Assembly: GCA_963768305.1 (NCBI GenBank)
Contig: CAVYHE010000003.1
Coordinates: 256,001 to 320,000, forward strand
Origin: an uncultured bacterium
GTDB taxonomy: Bacteria; Margulisbacteria; WOR-1; CAVSGV01
Length of the DNA: 64,000 nt
Direction of reading: 5' to 3'
Below, piece after piece: positions 44,453 through 54,400 of this stretch (its first letter is position 1; each line of letters begins with the position of its first letter). The translations under genes and the position numbers were made by a program. A model generated the notes under the pieces. That model did no database searches and was not told the origin of the DNA. It saw only the letters and a list, made by a program, of their open reading frames with translations.

Positions 44453-45378
44453 TGGGATTAAAGCCCCCTCCTCGAACTGTCAGCATCATTCTACAGAATA
44501 CAATTCATGGGTGCAAGAAGCTGAATCTGGGCCGTTCAGGATGATCATCAGATACTGTGAACTAACCTGGGAACTTCACAGTATCCCTTTATGCTCGACT
44601 GGAGCACACAGGCACGCACGCACGGGCGCAGGAGGCGCGGCCAGGCGCAAACCAGATTAGATATTTTATTAATTAACACAAGACAGATACATTCAAACAG
44701 TTGATAGACAGATGTTGCTCTTTAGCGTGAGAGAATAGACAGAGGATCAATGACGTTGGATACGAACACAAATGAGAGACAGAAGAACCTAACCCAATGA
44801 GTTGAAGACACGCTGGGAGCTTGAAGTTATTGCCGCTCAACTCCACCAAAGGAGCTTCTGGGATCCCCGAAAAGAAGACGCTACATTGCTGGCCTGCACG
44901 AATAACCATTCGGCTTGTGGCTCTTGCTGAATATGTTGATGACAGCTGCCGGCGCATAGAAAAAGAGCGACGGGTATTCGCAATCGTCATAGATAACCAA
45001 GCTGGTCGGACTGCTCTAACTGGTCGTTTCCAGAGAGGAATTAAGGCTTTGCTTGAACCTCCTCAAGTGATCGTTCGTTGTGTTCCTGTGTTGCCTTCTC
45101 CGTGGTCCCGCCAAAGGAGAATGACCTCTCCTTCGCTCTTCGAGCTACGAAGGGCTGGCAATTAAGGTGTGCTACGCACATTTGAAAGGGAAAGACCATA
45201 ATTCCTGCTCCGCCTTCGGCGGTATTTAACTTCGTGTCTTGCCGCCCGCCAATCCTTCGACAAGCTCAGGACAAGTGCCCGCCAAAAAAGAACCAAAGCT
45301 CCTGCTCCGACTTCGTCGGTATTTGACTTCGTGTTGTGCCGCCGCCCGCCAAACCTCTCCCAAAATGATGGTGGGGGA
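44453..45378 (+). repeat. Long inverted repeat, left copy (LIR-A), non-coding
   Basis: Aligns end to end with the reverse complement of 61048-61967. Confidence 0.95.
44551..44585. other. 35-bp palindromic site with an asymmetric core, in LIR-A
   Basis: GATACTGTGAACTA-ACCTGGG-AACTTCACAGTATC. Confidence 0.8.
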
Positions 45379-45445
45379 AAAACCTGGCACGTCATACTCA
45401 AAAAAAGTGGTGAAAAATGATACTAATTTAAGGCCGAAAAACCAC

Positions 45446-45506
45446 CGGTTATTTCACAGTATCCTATCGGGTATTTCACAGTATCGAGCGGTTAGTTCAC
45501 AGTAAG
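45446..45506 (+). repeat. Three 18-bp direct repeats at 22/21-bp spacing (operator- or iteron-like)
   Basis: CGGTTATTTCACAGTATC (45446), CGGGTATTTCACAGTATC (45468), CGGTTAGTTCACAGTAAG (45489); followed directly by TTGACT-18 bp-CATAAT. Confidence 0.85.
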
Positions 45507-45543
45507 TTGACTTTGTTGGCCACCCAAGACCATAATTCCCCCC

Positions 45544-47016
45544 ATGGCTGAAGAGCTGGAATACTTAACTCTTAATGAGATAAAAGCTTTTCTTAACTCC
45601 ATCGACGATATCCGCGACCGGGCGCTGATAACCCTATTTCTTAACACCGGCCTATTCCTGAACGAAATAACCTCGCTGAAAATTGATTCCGTCGACTGGA
45701 AGAATAAAATTCTGAATGTCCCCGGAAACCGTAAAAGGGCCATTCCTCTCAACGACCAGGTTTTTGATGCGCTTGCCAAATGGTCGAAGGAGCGTCCCTC
45801 GGGCAATATCTCCGAGCTTTTTGTCACAACAAAAGGCGCGCTGAAAGATCTGACCAGCCGCGGCGTAGATTATCTGATTAGAAAATACGCCGATCAAGCA
45901 GGCATCAAAAAAACGGGTCAATCCGCAGATACTTCGCAATACATTCGCAGTCCGGCTTTTCTCCGAAGAACCCTCCGTGGAAAAAGCTTCCGCCATTTTG
46001 GGCATATCCGATCTGGAATCGGTAAATCGCTATATAAGGGCCTCTAAATTGCCGCCGGCCAGGGTAGAGATAACTGAAAATCTTGAGCATATCGATACTC
46101 GCCATCCCCTTGTCAAAGCCGTTTCCAAAATGTTCCCGACAAAACCCAAAGCCGTTAAGCCGACGACCGAAATAAAAGGCCCAATAACTCCCAGCCCCGA
46201 AGAAGTGATCTTCGGAAGGGATAACATAATCGCCGACATAAAAGCCGATATCGCCAAAGGCCAGTCTGTTTTATTGACGGGTCCTCTGGGAATAGGCAAA
46301 ACGCATTTATTGAAGCACATGTTAAAAGTGCTTGGTCCTAATACAATATATATATCATCCCCAACCCCGCTTAAAACCGCCCTGATGCAAATACTCGTAA
46401 AACTTGATCCTGAATGGAATAAGACGCTGAATACAAGAGCTTCAACGAAAGATATAACCGACTATATTGTGAAAGATAAAAGGGGAAAAGCCTCCCGTCC
46501 TGCTTATCGACAATTTAAATAATATCAAGATTTCTGATATTGATCCTGTTTTAAGCTTTTTGAATAACTTCCCCGTACTTGCCGCGGCTGATGAAACAAA
46601 GCCCAAGCTGAAGCAGATATGGTGGCAGCTCAAACAGGTCGCGCTTCCGCCGTTAAATGAAGATGCCTCAAAGGAACTTATCAAATATCTTACGCAGAAC
46701 CTTACTATCAGCGATTATGAAATGCTTGAAACAAGGATATCTGACCCTTTCAAGCGGCCTTCCCATCGCGATCGTAGATATGGTCCGTCAAATAAGTCAT
46801 ATCCGGAAGATTTCAGTTGATGTTATTCGTGATGTTTATCACGAAGCCGGGATTCAATATCGCGACTGGACGATGGTAATAATCTTCATTTACTGGATAG
46901 CCGTCATTTTCAGGTTCCTTGCGCTCGGCACGAAAAGCTATGAGGCGTATTTCCTTGCAGGTTTCGGCGTAACTTTATTGATGATATTAAAAAATGTTAT
47001 GTCAATGTTGAGGTAA
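45544..47016 (+). CDS. Degenerate tyrosine-recombinase catalytic domain + AAA ATPase + C-terminal TM fusion (three apparent frameshifts)
   Basis: RDRAL..LFLNTGL...E, then PQILRNTFA and ILGISD...RY after a shift in the A-run near 45910; Walker A GPLGIGKT, Walker B LLIDN; two terminal hydrophobic helices. Confidence 0.7.
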
Positions 47017-47067
47017 AGGAGGGAGTTAAAAGAATTTAAGGGCTCAAATAATAAGAGGTGATAATAA

Positions 47068-47523
47068 ATGACAAGAAGAGAATTTATTGAAAAATGTTTT
47101 GGCAACAAACTTCAGGCAATCCCTTACAGTGAAGGCGACCATTTTAATGCTTTAGAGGAGGTCGAATCGCTACTTACTAAGCAAGGGCTTATTAATTTAG
47201 ATGAGAATGATATTGAGCAAATAACCAGTACAAGCGACAAGTTAGTGGCGATTTCTGCTGAGGCCCACGGAAAACATCGGTCGCACAGACTTGGTCACAA
47301 AATCCTTTCAAACATACCTGATTTCTTTTGGGATAAGAAACCCACAAATGCATTATTTAATATCACGGGAAGTCCCGATATAACACTAAATGAGGTTAAT
47401 GATGTTGCTGAACACATTTACGATTCAGTGAATCCCCACGCGAATATCATTTTTGGCGCGATTATCGATGAAAATAAAACCGATTACTTAAAAGCCACCG
47501 TGATATTCGGCGGCAAAAAATAG
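47068..47523 (+). CDS. Stand-alone FtsZ C-terminal domain protein
   Basis: GLINLDEND (T7-loop-like), NITGSPDITLNEV, ANIIFGAIIDE, ATVI; no GGGTG GTPase domain. Confidence 0.75.
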   Translation: MTRREFIEKCFGNKLQAIPYSEGDHFNALEEVESLLTKQGLINLDENDIEQITSTSDKLVAISAEAHGKHRSHRLGHKILSNIPDFFWDKKPTNALFNITGSPDITLNEVNDVAEHIYDSVNPHANIIFGAIIDENKTDYLKATVIFGGKK

Positions 47524-47540
47524 AAATGTGAGGTTAAAAT

Positions 47541-48107
47541 ATGGAACCAATTTTTACTTTATCCTTTCCGGAATATAAGGTTGTTCTGAAGTTATTGGGG
47601 CTCTATAAGCCAAAATATGGCTATTCAATATTATTGCCGTTGAGCAGGCAGCAAAAAGGCTTCGATCTGCTAATTTACAATTTAAATAAACATAGATCTG
47701 CTTCAATCCAGGTAAAAGGCTCTCGCTCATATGACGGACATAAAAACGATCCGCATGATTATAATCTTTGGTTTAAGAGGTTTAAATATAAAGAGGGTAT
47801 GGCCGATTTTTATATTCTGTTTAGTGTATATCCCCAATTGGCTTCTAATATAAAGCGTCTCGATCATTCAAGAAATACATCGCGTTACAGCTATTTATTC
47901 ATGCTATTAAAAGATGTTGAGATGGAGAAGCTCTTGGTTAACCTTAAAACTAAAAAAGGGAAAAGGGATAACTCTTTTCAGTTCGGTTTTGACTCTTCTG
48001 GCAGAAATATATTTCTGACCAGAGGTATTGGTAGGCAGAAAGAGAAGCCCTATAATAAATATCTGCTGGAGAACAGGGTCGATTTGATAAAGAAATTTCT
48101 GAAATAG
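47541..48107 (+). CDS. PD-(D/E)XK nuclease-like protein
   Basis: KGFDLL...IQVKGSR motif. Confidence 0.6.
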   Translation: MEPIFTLSFPEYKVVLKLLGLYKPKYGYSILLPLSRQQKGFDLLIYNLNKHRSASIQVKGSRSYDGHKNDPHDYNLWFKRFKYKEGMADFYILFSVYPQLASNIKRLDHSRNTSRYSYLFMLLKDVEMEKLLVNLKTKKGKRDNSFQFGFDSSGRNIFLTRGIGRQKEKPYNKYLLENRVDLIKKFLK

Positions 48108-48114
48108 GTAAATT

Positions 48115-49451
48115 ATGCTCGCACCCACCCATAGCGTATTCGGCATCTTTTTAACGCTGATATTCCTGGCGGTGTTCGGGATTCAGTGGAGCCTGCATTG
48201 GACGATAATTCTTGTTGCCATTTTTGGCTCGATCGTTCCCGACATTGACCATCCCCGTTCCGTCATAGGCAAGCTCTTCCCCTATATCTCCATCCCCTTA
48301 GAGCGCAGATACGGCCATAGAACGATAACCCATTCCTTCATCGGCTGGATAATTTCAACTGTCATTTTTGCTTTTCTTGTCTTGCTTGTAGTTTTGATAT
48401 TTAAATTTGTTTCGATTCTCGGACTTCCGTTTCGGGTTTTATCTTGGGCGGAGTCGAGGGCTTGGCTCCCCGCTGGATAGCCGCATTTTCAATATCTTAT
48501 TTTTCCCACCTGCTTTTGGACATGTTCAACAAGCGCGGCAGCCAGATGTTCTGGCCTAACCTCAGTCGTGATGTTATCCCGAAAAATCCAAAATACCGCC
48601 CTGAATCGGGCTCAAGCGTTGAGCCTTTTATCTTCATTATTCTTTTCATATTGATGCTTTTTGCTTTCCCGATCTCCAAATACGGGATAGCAAGTTCGCT
48701 TCGCTGGCTTATGGCTACTCCCGGCTCCGCCATGCAAGAATTCCAGTCCCTCAAGACCCATTCCTATGTTGATTTCAACGGCTATTACACGGAAACAAAA
48801 GAGCCGCTTGAAGGGACCGCAGAAATACTTGATGTAGACAAAGGACGGCTGGTAGTACTTTATAAGACCAAGATTTACACGTTAAGTGACGCTCTAGCCG
48901 CCGATATAACCGCCTCCCATGTCCGGCTGAAAAGGACGGATATTCCAATTAATATCACGCAGAAGATATTTAAGGATGAAAACCGCGATGAGTTGCTTGC
49001 TCAAATTCCTGCAGGCGCGCTTGTTTCGGGAACAGTTAAGCTCCCGGAAGGAATGGAGCTTCAATTCCCCGCCTTCCCCGGCTCTTATAAGCCAATGGAT
49101 CAGAAAAGCGGGAACCTGATCCTTTTATTCGCCTCAAAAGACCAAATTGAGAAGCTTGCCCTCACGGAAACCTTCGATCTGCTAAAAAGAAAGGACCAGG
49201 CCGACCTCGCCCAGCTGTACGCGCAGGCGGATAAGCTCAAAAGCCAGATATCGGAAGCGGAAACTGGCGGCGGACTAACTCCTTTGGGCCAGGAGCTTAT
49301 GATGAACAAGGATGACATCCAAAAGCAAAAAGCCCAGCTTGCCGATTTGAAAGGCCAGCTTGATGAAATAAATGTTAAAATTGAAGAGCTTCAATTGAAG
49401 ATAAAGGCCAGAAAGTTCGTTTTTTCAGGAGAGGTTTATTTAAGGCAATAA
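48115..49451 (+). CDS. YdjM-like membrane metal-dependent hydrolase with long C-terminal domain and coiled coil; frameshift near 48450
   Basis: M...TH, PDIDH, GHRTITHS, SHLLLDMF; heptad-rich C-terminus. Confidence 0.75.
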
Positions 49452-49462
49452 GGAGGCCTGAT

Positions 49463-49994
49463 ATGAGAAAATTAGTCGTTTATCTTGTAATAATGAGTTT
49501 ATTGTCCCCGCTTATCGGCTCTATTGCTTATGCTTTTGAGTATACCCTCGCCCCAAATGATACTCTTGAAGATCAAATTAATGCCAAAAGGACATGGATA
49601 CAAAGCAAACTATCGCTCCGGATGGCACAATTTCGCTTCCCTTCCTCGGAAGGGTCCAGCCTCAGGGCAAAACGCTCAGTGAATTTCAAACCTATTTAAC
49701 AACCGAACTTGCCAAATATGTGAACAAGCCTCAGCTTGTCGTTTATCTTAACGCCAAGATCGATATATGTCGTTCAGCATAATCTCAAGACGAATCTTTC
49801 AGAGGTAAGGAAGCTAAATCCATTGACAGAAGCTAAAGCATTATGCTGGCGAGGATTACACAAAAGAGATCAAATATGGCGATGTTATAACCGTCGATGT
49901 CGGCATTCAGCCTGATTGGTGGGAAACTAACTGGTACAAGGTCATATCCGCAACGGCTGTGCTCGTAGGAATAGATGCGGCATTAAAGAAATAG
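49463..49994 (+). CDS. Polysaccharide-export (Wza/Poly_export) domain protein, frameshifts
   Basis: Signal peptide, YTLAPNDTL, IAPDGTISLPFLGRV..QGKTLSE, YVNKPQLVV; C-terminal WWETNWYK hydrophobic tail. Confidence 0.65.
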
Positions 49995-50008
49995 GAGGGA
50001 GGTGACAA

Positions 50009-50776
50009 ATGAGCCCTAAACAAAGACCTGTAAACTTCGGCTGGATTCCTGATATCCCCGACCATCGCGATCATTTGTATGCCGCGCCTCTTGAATGGAT
50101 CGCAAAACTTCCCGCAAAGGTAGACCTCCGTCTCCAATGCCCTGATGTATACGATCAAGGCCAGTTAGGAAGCTGCACGGCGAACGCAATTGCCGGGGCA
50201 ATGGAATTTGAGCAGATAAAGCAGAAAGAAAAATATTTCATGCCCTCTCGCCTGTTCATTTACTATAACGAGCGAGCGATGGAACATACCGTCGAGTCCG
50301 ACAGCGGCGCGCAGATCCGCGATGGGATCAAAAGCGTCGGAAAGCAGGGTGATTGTCCCGAAAAGCTATGGCCGTATGATATAGCGAAATTCTCCCAGAA
50401 GCCGCCGGCGCCGTGCTACAAGAACGCCGTCAAGCACAAGGCGGTCTTATACCAGCGCGTAAGCCGTATTGCGAACCAGATGAAGGGATGTCTTGCGTCG
50501 GGATATCCGTTCGTGTTCGGATTTTCCGTATATGATAGCTTTATGAGCCCGGATGTAGCCAAGACCGGGCATGCCAAGATGCCGGAGCCGAAGGATAAAC
50601 TGGAAGGCGGTCATGCGGTAATGGCGGTCGGATATGATGATGAGAATCAATGGTTTATTGTCAGGAATTCGTGGGGAACGGGATGGGGAATGAAAGGATA
50701 TTTTACCCTGCCTTATGCATATCTGGCAGAAGAAAATCTTTCGGATGATTTTTGGACAATACGAATAGTGGAATAG
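50009..50776 (+). CDS. C1 family (papain-like) cysteine peptidase
   Basis: DQGQLGSCTANA, GGHAV, RNSWG...WG..GYF. Confidence 0.9.
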   Translation: MSPKQRPVNFGWIPDIPDHRDHLYAAPLEWIAKLPAKVDLRLQCPDVYDQGQLGSCTANAIAGAMEFEQIKQKEKYFMPSRLFIYYNERAMEHTVESDSGAQIRDGIKSVGKQGDCPEKLWPYDIAKFSQKPPAPCYKNAVKHKAVLYQRVSRIANQMKGCLASGYPFVFGFSVYDSFMSPDVAKTGHAKMPEPKDKLEGGHAVMAVGYDDENQWFIVRNSWGTGWGMKGYFTLPYAYLAEENLSDDFWTIRIVE

Positions 50777-50890
50777 AGGGTTTGGGTAAGGGGGCTCAAA
50801 AGATCGTTCTTCCGGTAGTTCCTCGAACTTAATTGAAAGATTGATAAGAAGTATATTAAGGTATATTATCGATAGAATAAATATTTTGTT

Positions 50891-51463
50891 ATGAGAAAGG
50901 CCAAAAGAATAAAAACCAATACCACAAGCTCAACCATACGAGAGAAGCTTCAAAGTCTTTCAGAAGACGATCTTAGGGTGTCCATAATCATTCCATTACT
51001 ATATGCACTAGGATGCACCGAAGTAAGAGATAATTGTGGCCCTGATGAGAAAGGTAAAGATATTATTTATAGTACTCCTCACTTATTGGGAGCTAATATA
51101 TATGGTGCGGTAATATTAAAAAATGATCGCAACCTCGGATTAGGTAAGATGGACAATTTGCGTTCACAAGCTCTTCGTGCCTTGAATGCATTCGGAAATC
51201 CCAGAGATCCTCGTATTGAAACGAAAGTGCATGAATTAATTTTTGTTACCTCATTTGACATTACAAGTGACGTTAGAGATTTCTTAGTGAAGAATTGTGG
51301 CAGTAATTTTCCAAATATGCATTTTGTTGACGGCGTCAGACTTGAGCTTTTAATAAGAAAAATAATTGATTTGTTCAAGAAACTCACTGGCAGAACATAT
51401 GTCTTCGATATTACCTCCTTTGCGGGAATGTGCGATAAAGTTAGGGAATGTAATTCGGAATAA
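50891..51463 (+). CDS. Restriction-endonuclease-like (Mrr-type) protein
   Basis: E..L...IIPLL.ALG...GPDEKGKDII...AV.LK, FVDG..L. Confidence 0.6.
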   Translation: MRKAKRIKTNTTSSTIREKLQSLSEDDLRVSIIIPLLYALGCTEVRDNCGPDEKGKDIIYSTPHLLGANIYGAVILKNDRNLGLGKMDNLRSQALRALNAFGNPRDPRIETKVHELIFVTSFDITSDVRDFLVKNCGSNFPNMHFVDGVRLELLIRKIIDLFKKLTGRTYVFDITSFAGMCDKVRECNSE

Positions 51464-51466
51464 AAT

Positions 51467-54400
51467 ATGAGTAAACACGGGCAAAACAATCAAAAAGGAG
51501 TATTCGCCCAAAATTGGGCTGCTCTGTCATTGTTTCTCCAATTCTATAAAGATCCGAAGTTTTCGTACATTCAACTTGAACCAAACACTTCGGAAGATTT
51601 TGATCTCGTCTTTAATGATGGGAAAAAGATTGTTTGCGAAACAAAATACAGGATAAAGAAGTTCAATTATGCAGATTTAAAGCTTTTACTTTCAAAGATA
51701 TTGGACCGGAAATCGATATCAGAGCAGGATGAAATATTAATAGTTTGTCGATCTGTTAATGAAACCTTAGCTTCGGATGTCAAAAATATCAGATTCTTTA
51801 ATCGTTTAGAAGAGAAATTCCTAGAGAAGAATTTTAATAAGCAAATGATAGGATTGATTCCAAGGGTTAGTTTTTGGGTTATTAATAAATCGTTACATAA
51901 GGACATTAATTTACCATTAATATCACAAGCAATAAATCTATGGCTTCCCCAACAAGACCTGAAGAAATTTACCGACCATATTATGCAAGATAAAATAATG
52001 CGATTGTCGACGCAAGGAAGAGCGTATAGCCGAAATGATTTTAATAATGAAATCAACAATCTAAATGCATATGTCTTGCAAAGCAGCGATAAGTTCAATA
52101 AAAGGTTAACACGAAAAGAGAAACAATTCAAAATGTTGGAAGACGATGTAAACAGGAACAAAGGGATTAAGTGGGGAACGGCCTCATCATCCGCCATTTC
52201 TGCTCAATGGGATTTAATGTCTTTTGTTTTAACAAAATTAAGGAAGAGAAACGATCTTGATCTCAAGAAATGGGATGATTTGTGGCAACTCAAAAGTGCT
52301 TTTCAGTTTATTTATACCGTTTTCGATATCTTTAAAAATAATATGGGGACTGAACAAAATATGACATATATCCTTGGATATATTCAAAGAGATATCAAGG
52401 GAATACGTGGTTTCTATGGCCATTCGGACTTCTTTAATCATGGAGTTGTTGAGCTTGTGACAAAGATAATTGATGCCCCAAGCGGGCATAAATATCTGAA
52501 AGAAGCATTTGCCATTGTTAAATATCTTATTAATTTCAATAAAGATGAATATTTCTATCTTAAAGATCGCGACCAGGATCGGGGCCAGTGGGAAAAGGAA
52601 GAAATATGTAAGTTAATAACGAAGATATATAAAATTGCCCCCCCTGAGATTAAGGAATCTGTTTTCCAGCTAATTACATCGGGATTTAACCTCACGGAAG
52701 ACGAAGGTGAATTTAGCCATTATGCGCCAAGAGAAGCTTTCGAAATTATCAGGGAGTGGTTAAATGAAGATTTTGTTAATAGAATCACTCCGCTAGTAAA
52801 TATAATTGTAGATCAATATAAAAGGTTTTATAAGAAGTTTGGGAAAAATATTGAATTTAAAGGCTGGGAGCTTATGGGCGGTGGAGTCGGAATCTGGGAG
52901 GGGAATTATCGTGTTTCAGATCGTCATTTTATTGAATATATCTTGTCACCAGCTATCAGAAAATATTATGAATCAAATAAAGCTGCCGGTTGGCAATTAA
53001 TACTAGATAAGTTTATTAGTAAGACAGCACAAGTTAGTTCTCACCAACCTGATTTCTTAAATAGAGCCGTTTTCGATATTGTATGCGAAAGATATGCAGA
53101 AGGAGATGAAAATTCTAATCGCCAAGCTTTCAAGATTCTTAAAGAGTTCATTCTTTCCCCCAAAGGGATTCCACATAAATCCGAACTAATCTATCAGAAC
53201 ATAGATCGCCCAACAATGTCTGACGAAAAGAAATGGAAGCTGGTTAAGATTATGACCGATAAATATGACATTCCTGCCAATCCTTTTATTGAGCCAATAG
53301 TTGCTGGACTAGTAAAGAAAGGGCATCCCAAAGCCAAACAGTTATTAATAGGGTGGTTTATGAACCCGAAATTCTATCCTCGATTCCCTTTTGATGGCAG
53401 ATATATCTCTACAATTAAGGGATTAATTGAAACAAACTTAGATTTATCAATTGATTTATTTAAAATCATAATGCGGAGTGAATATATTAAAACGGCAAAA
53501 TCAGAGCATTATGATGTTTATGATGTTGCAAACATATTATTTGAGATATTGAAAAGAGATTATGTGCAAGGTTTATCCATTATTCGAATGTTGGAATCCG
53601 AGAAGGCATTGAGCATCGATCAACAGATTATCTACACTTATAGCTTATGCAATTATCGTGGGAATGAAGACTCAGATGATTTAAATCTACTTATTAAAGT
53701 GTATGCCGATATTGTTGATCCATTTCTGACAAGGATGCATGATGATATTAATTCTATTAACCATGTATTGACTTTTGATAATAGCAGAGAAGCATTAATA
53801 CAGTTTGCCTCAAGGTTGGCTGCTAAGGGCAAAATCCATGAGGCATTAAGAATAGTTAAAGTCTTTTTAGATGATACCGATCCATATCTACCTTCTAACG
53901 CCCCAGTGGGTTATAAAATTGAATATAATGAACACCAAAGAATCGAAAGAGGAGAAGCGCCACTCACAATTACATCTGTGAGAGGATGGTGTGCGTGGAC
54001 TTTGATGAGATGTTCGGTTTTGTCTGGAAGAGAATACATCCCAATGGTAATTGAATTTACAAAGAAGTTGATTGAAGACAATAACTATTATGTTGTTCAT
54101 TTGGCATGTAATGCATTGGCTCACCTAGCTAGAAACCGTCTGACAGTATTGCCAAAGAATAGTGATATTATGTTCTTTAACGATGATAAGCGAAAAGCTC
54201 TGGAAATGGCAAAAGATGTCGAAAAAATTGCTTTTTCACTCCTAGATAGGTTTGTTGGCTGGCCAACTCCAGTTCAAAAGGCACTTATTAAAGATGTAAT
54301 ATATGTATTTGATAACATTACTCAGCTGAACGAATCAGATGCTACAAAATTAGTTACCAAATTAATAGGCTTGCCGAAGGAGGCCGTTGCAGAATCTGCC

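Noticed and set aside
44730..45150. DGR template/variable repeat pair
   Set aside because: Differences are not confined to adenines of one strand, there is no reverse transcriptase, and neither copy lies in a target gene
45203..45352. Mini-CRISPR array
   Set aside because: Only two ~50-bp units, the intervening sequence is nearly the same in both LIR copies, and there are no cas genes
44673..45505. ORFs inside LIR-A and their counterparts at 60969-61263 and 61876-62094
   Set aside because: Frames are broken or inconsistent between the two copies, with no RBS or recognisable motifs; an old decayed gene cannot be fully excluded
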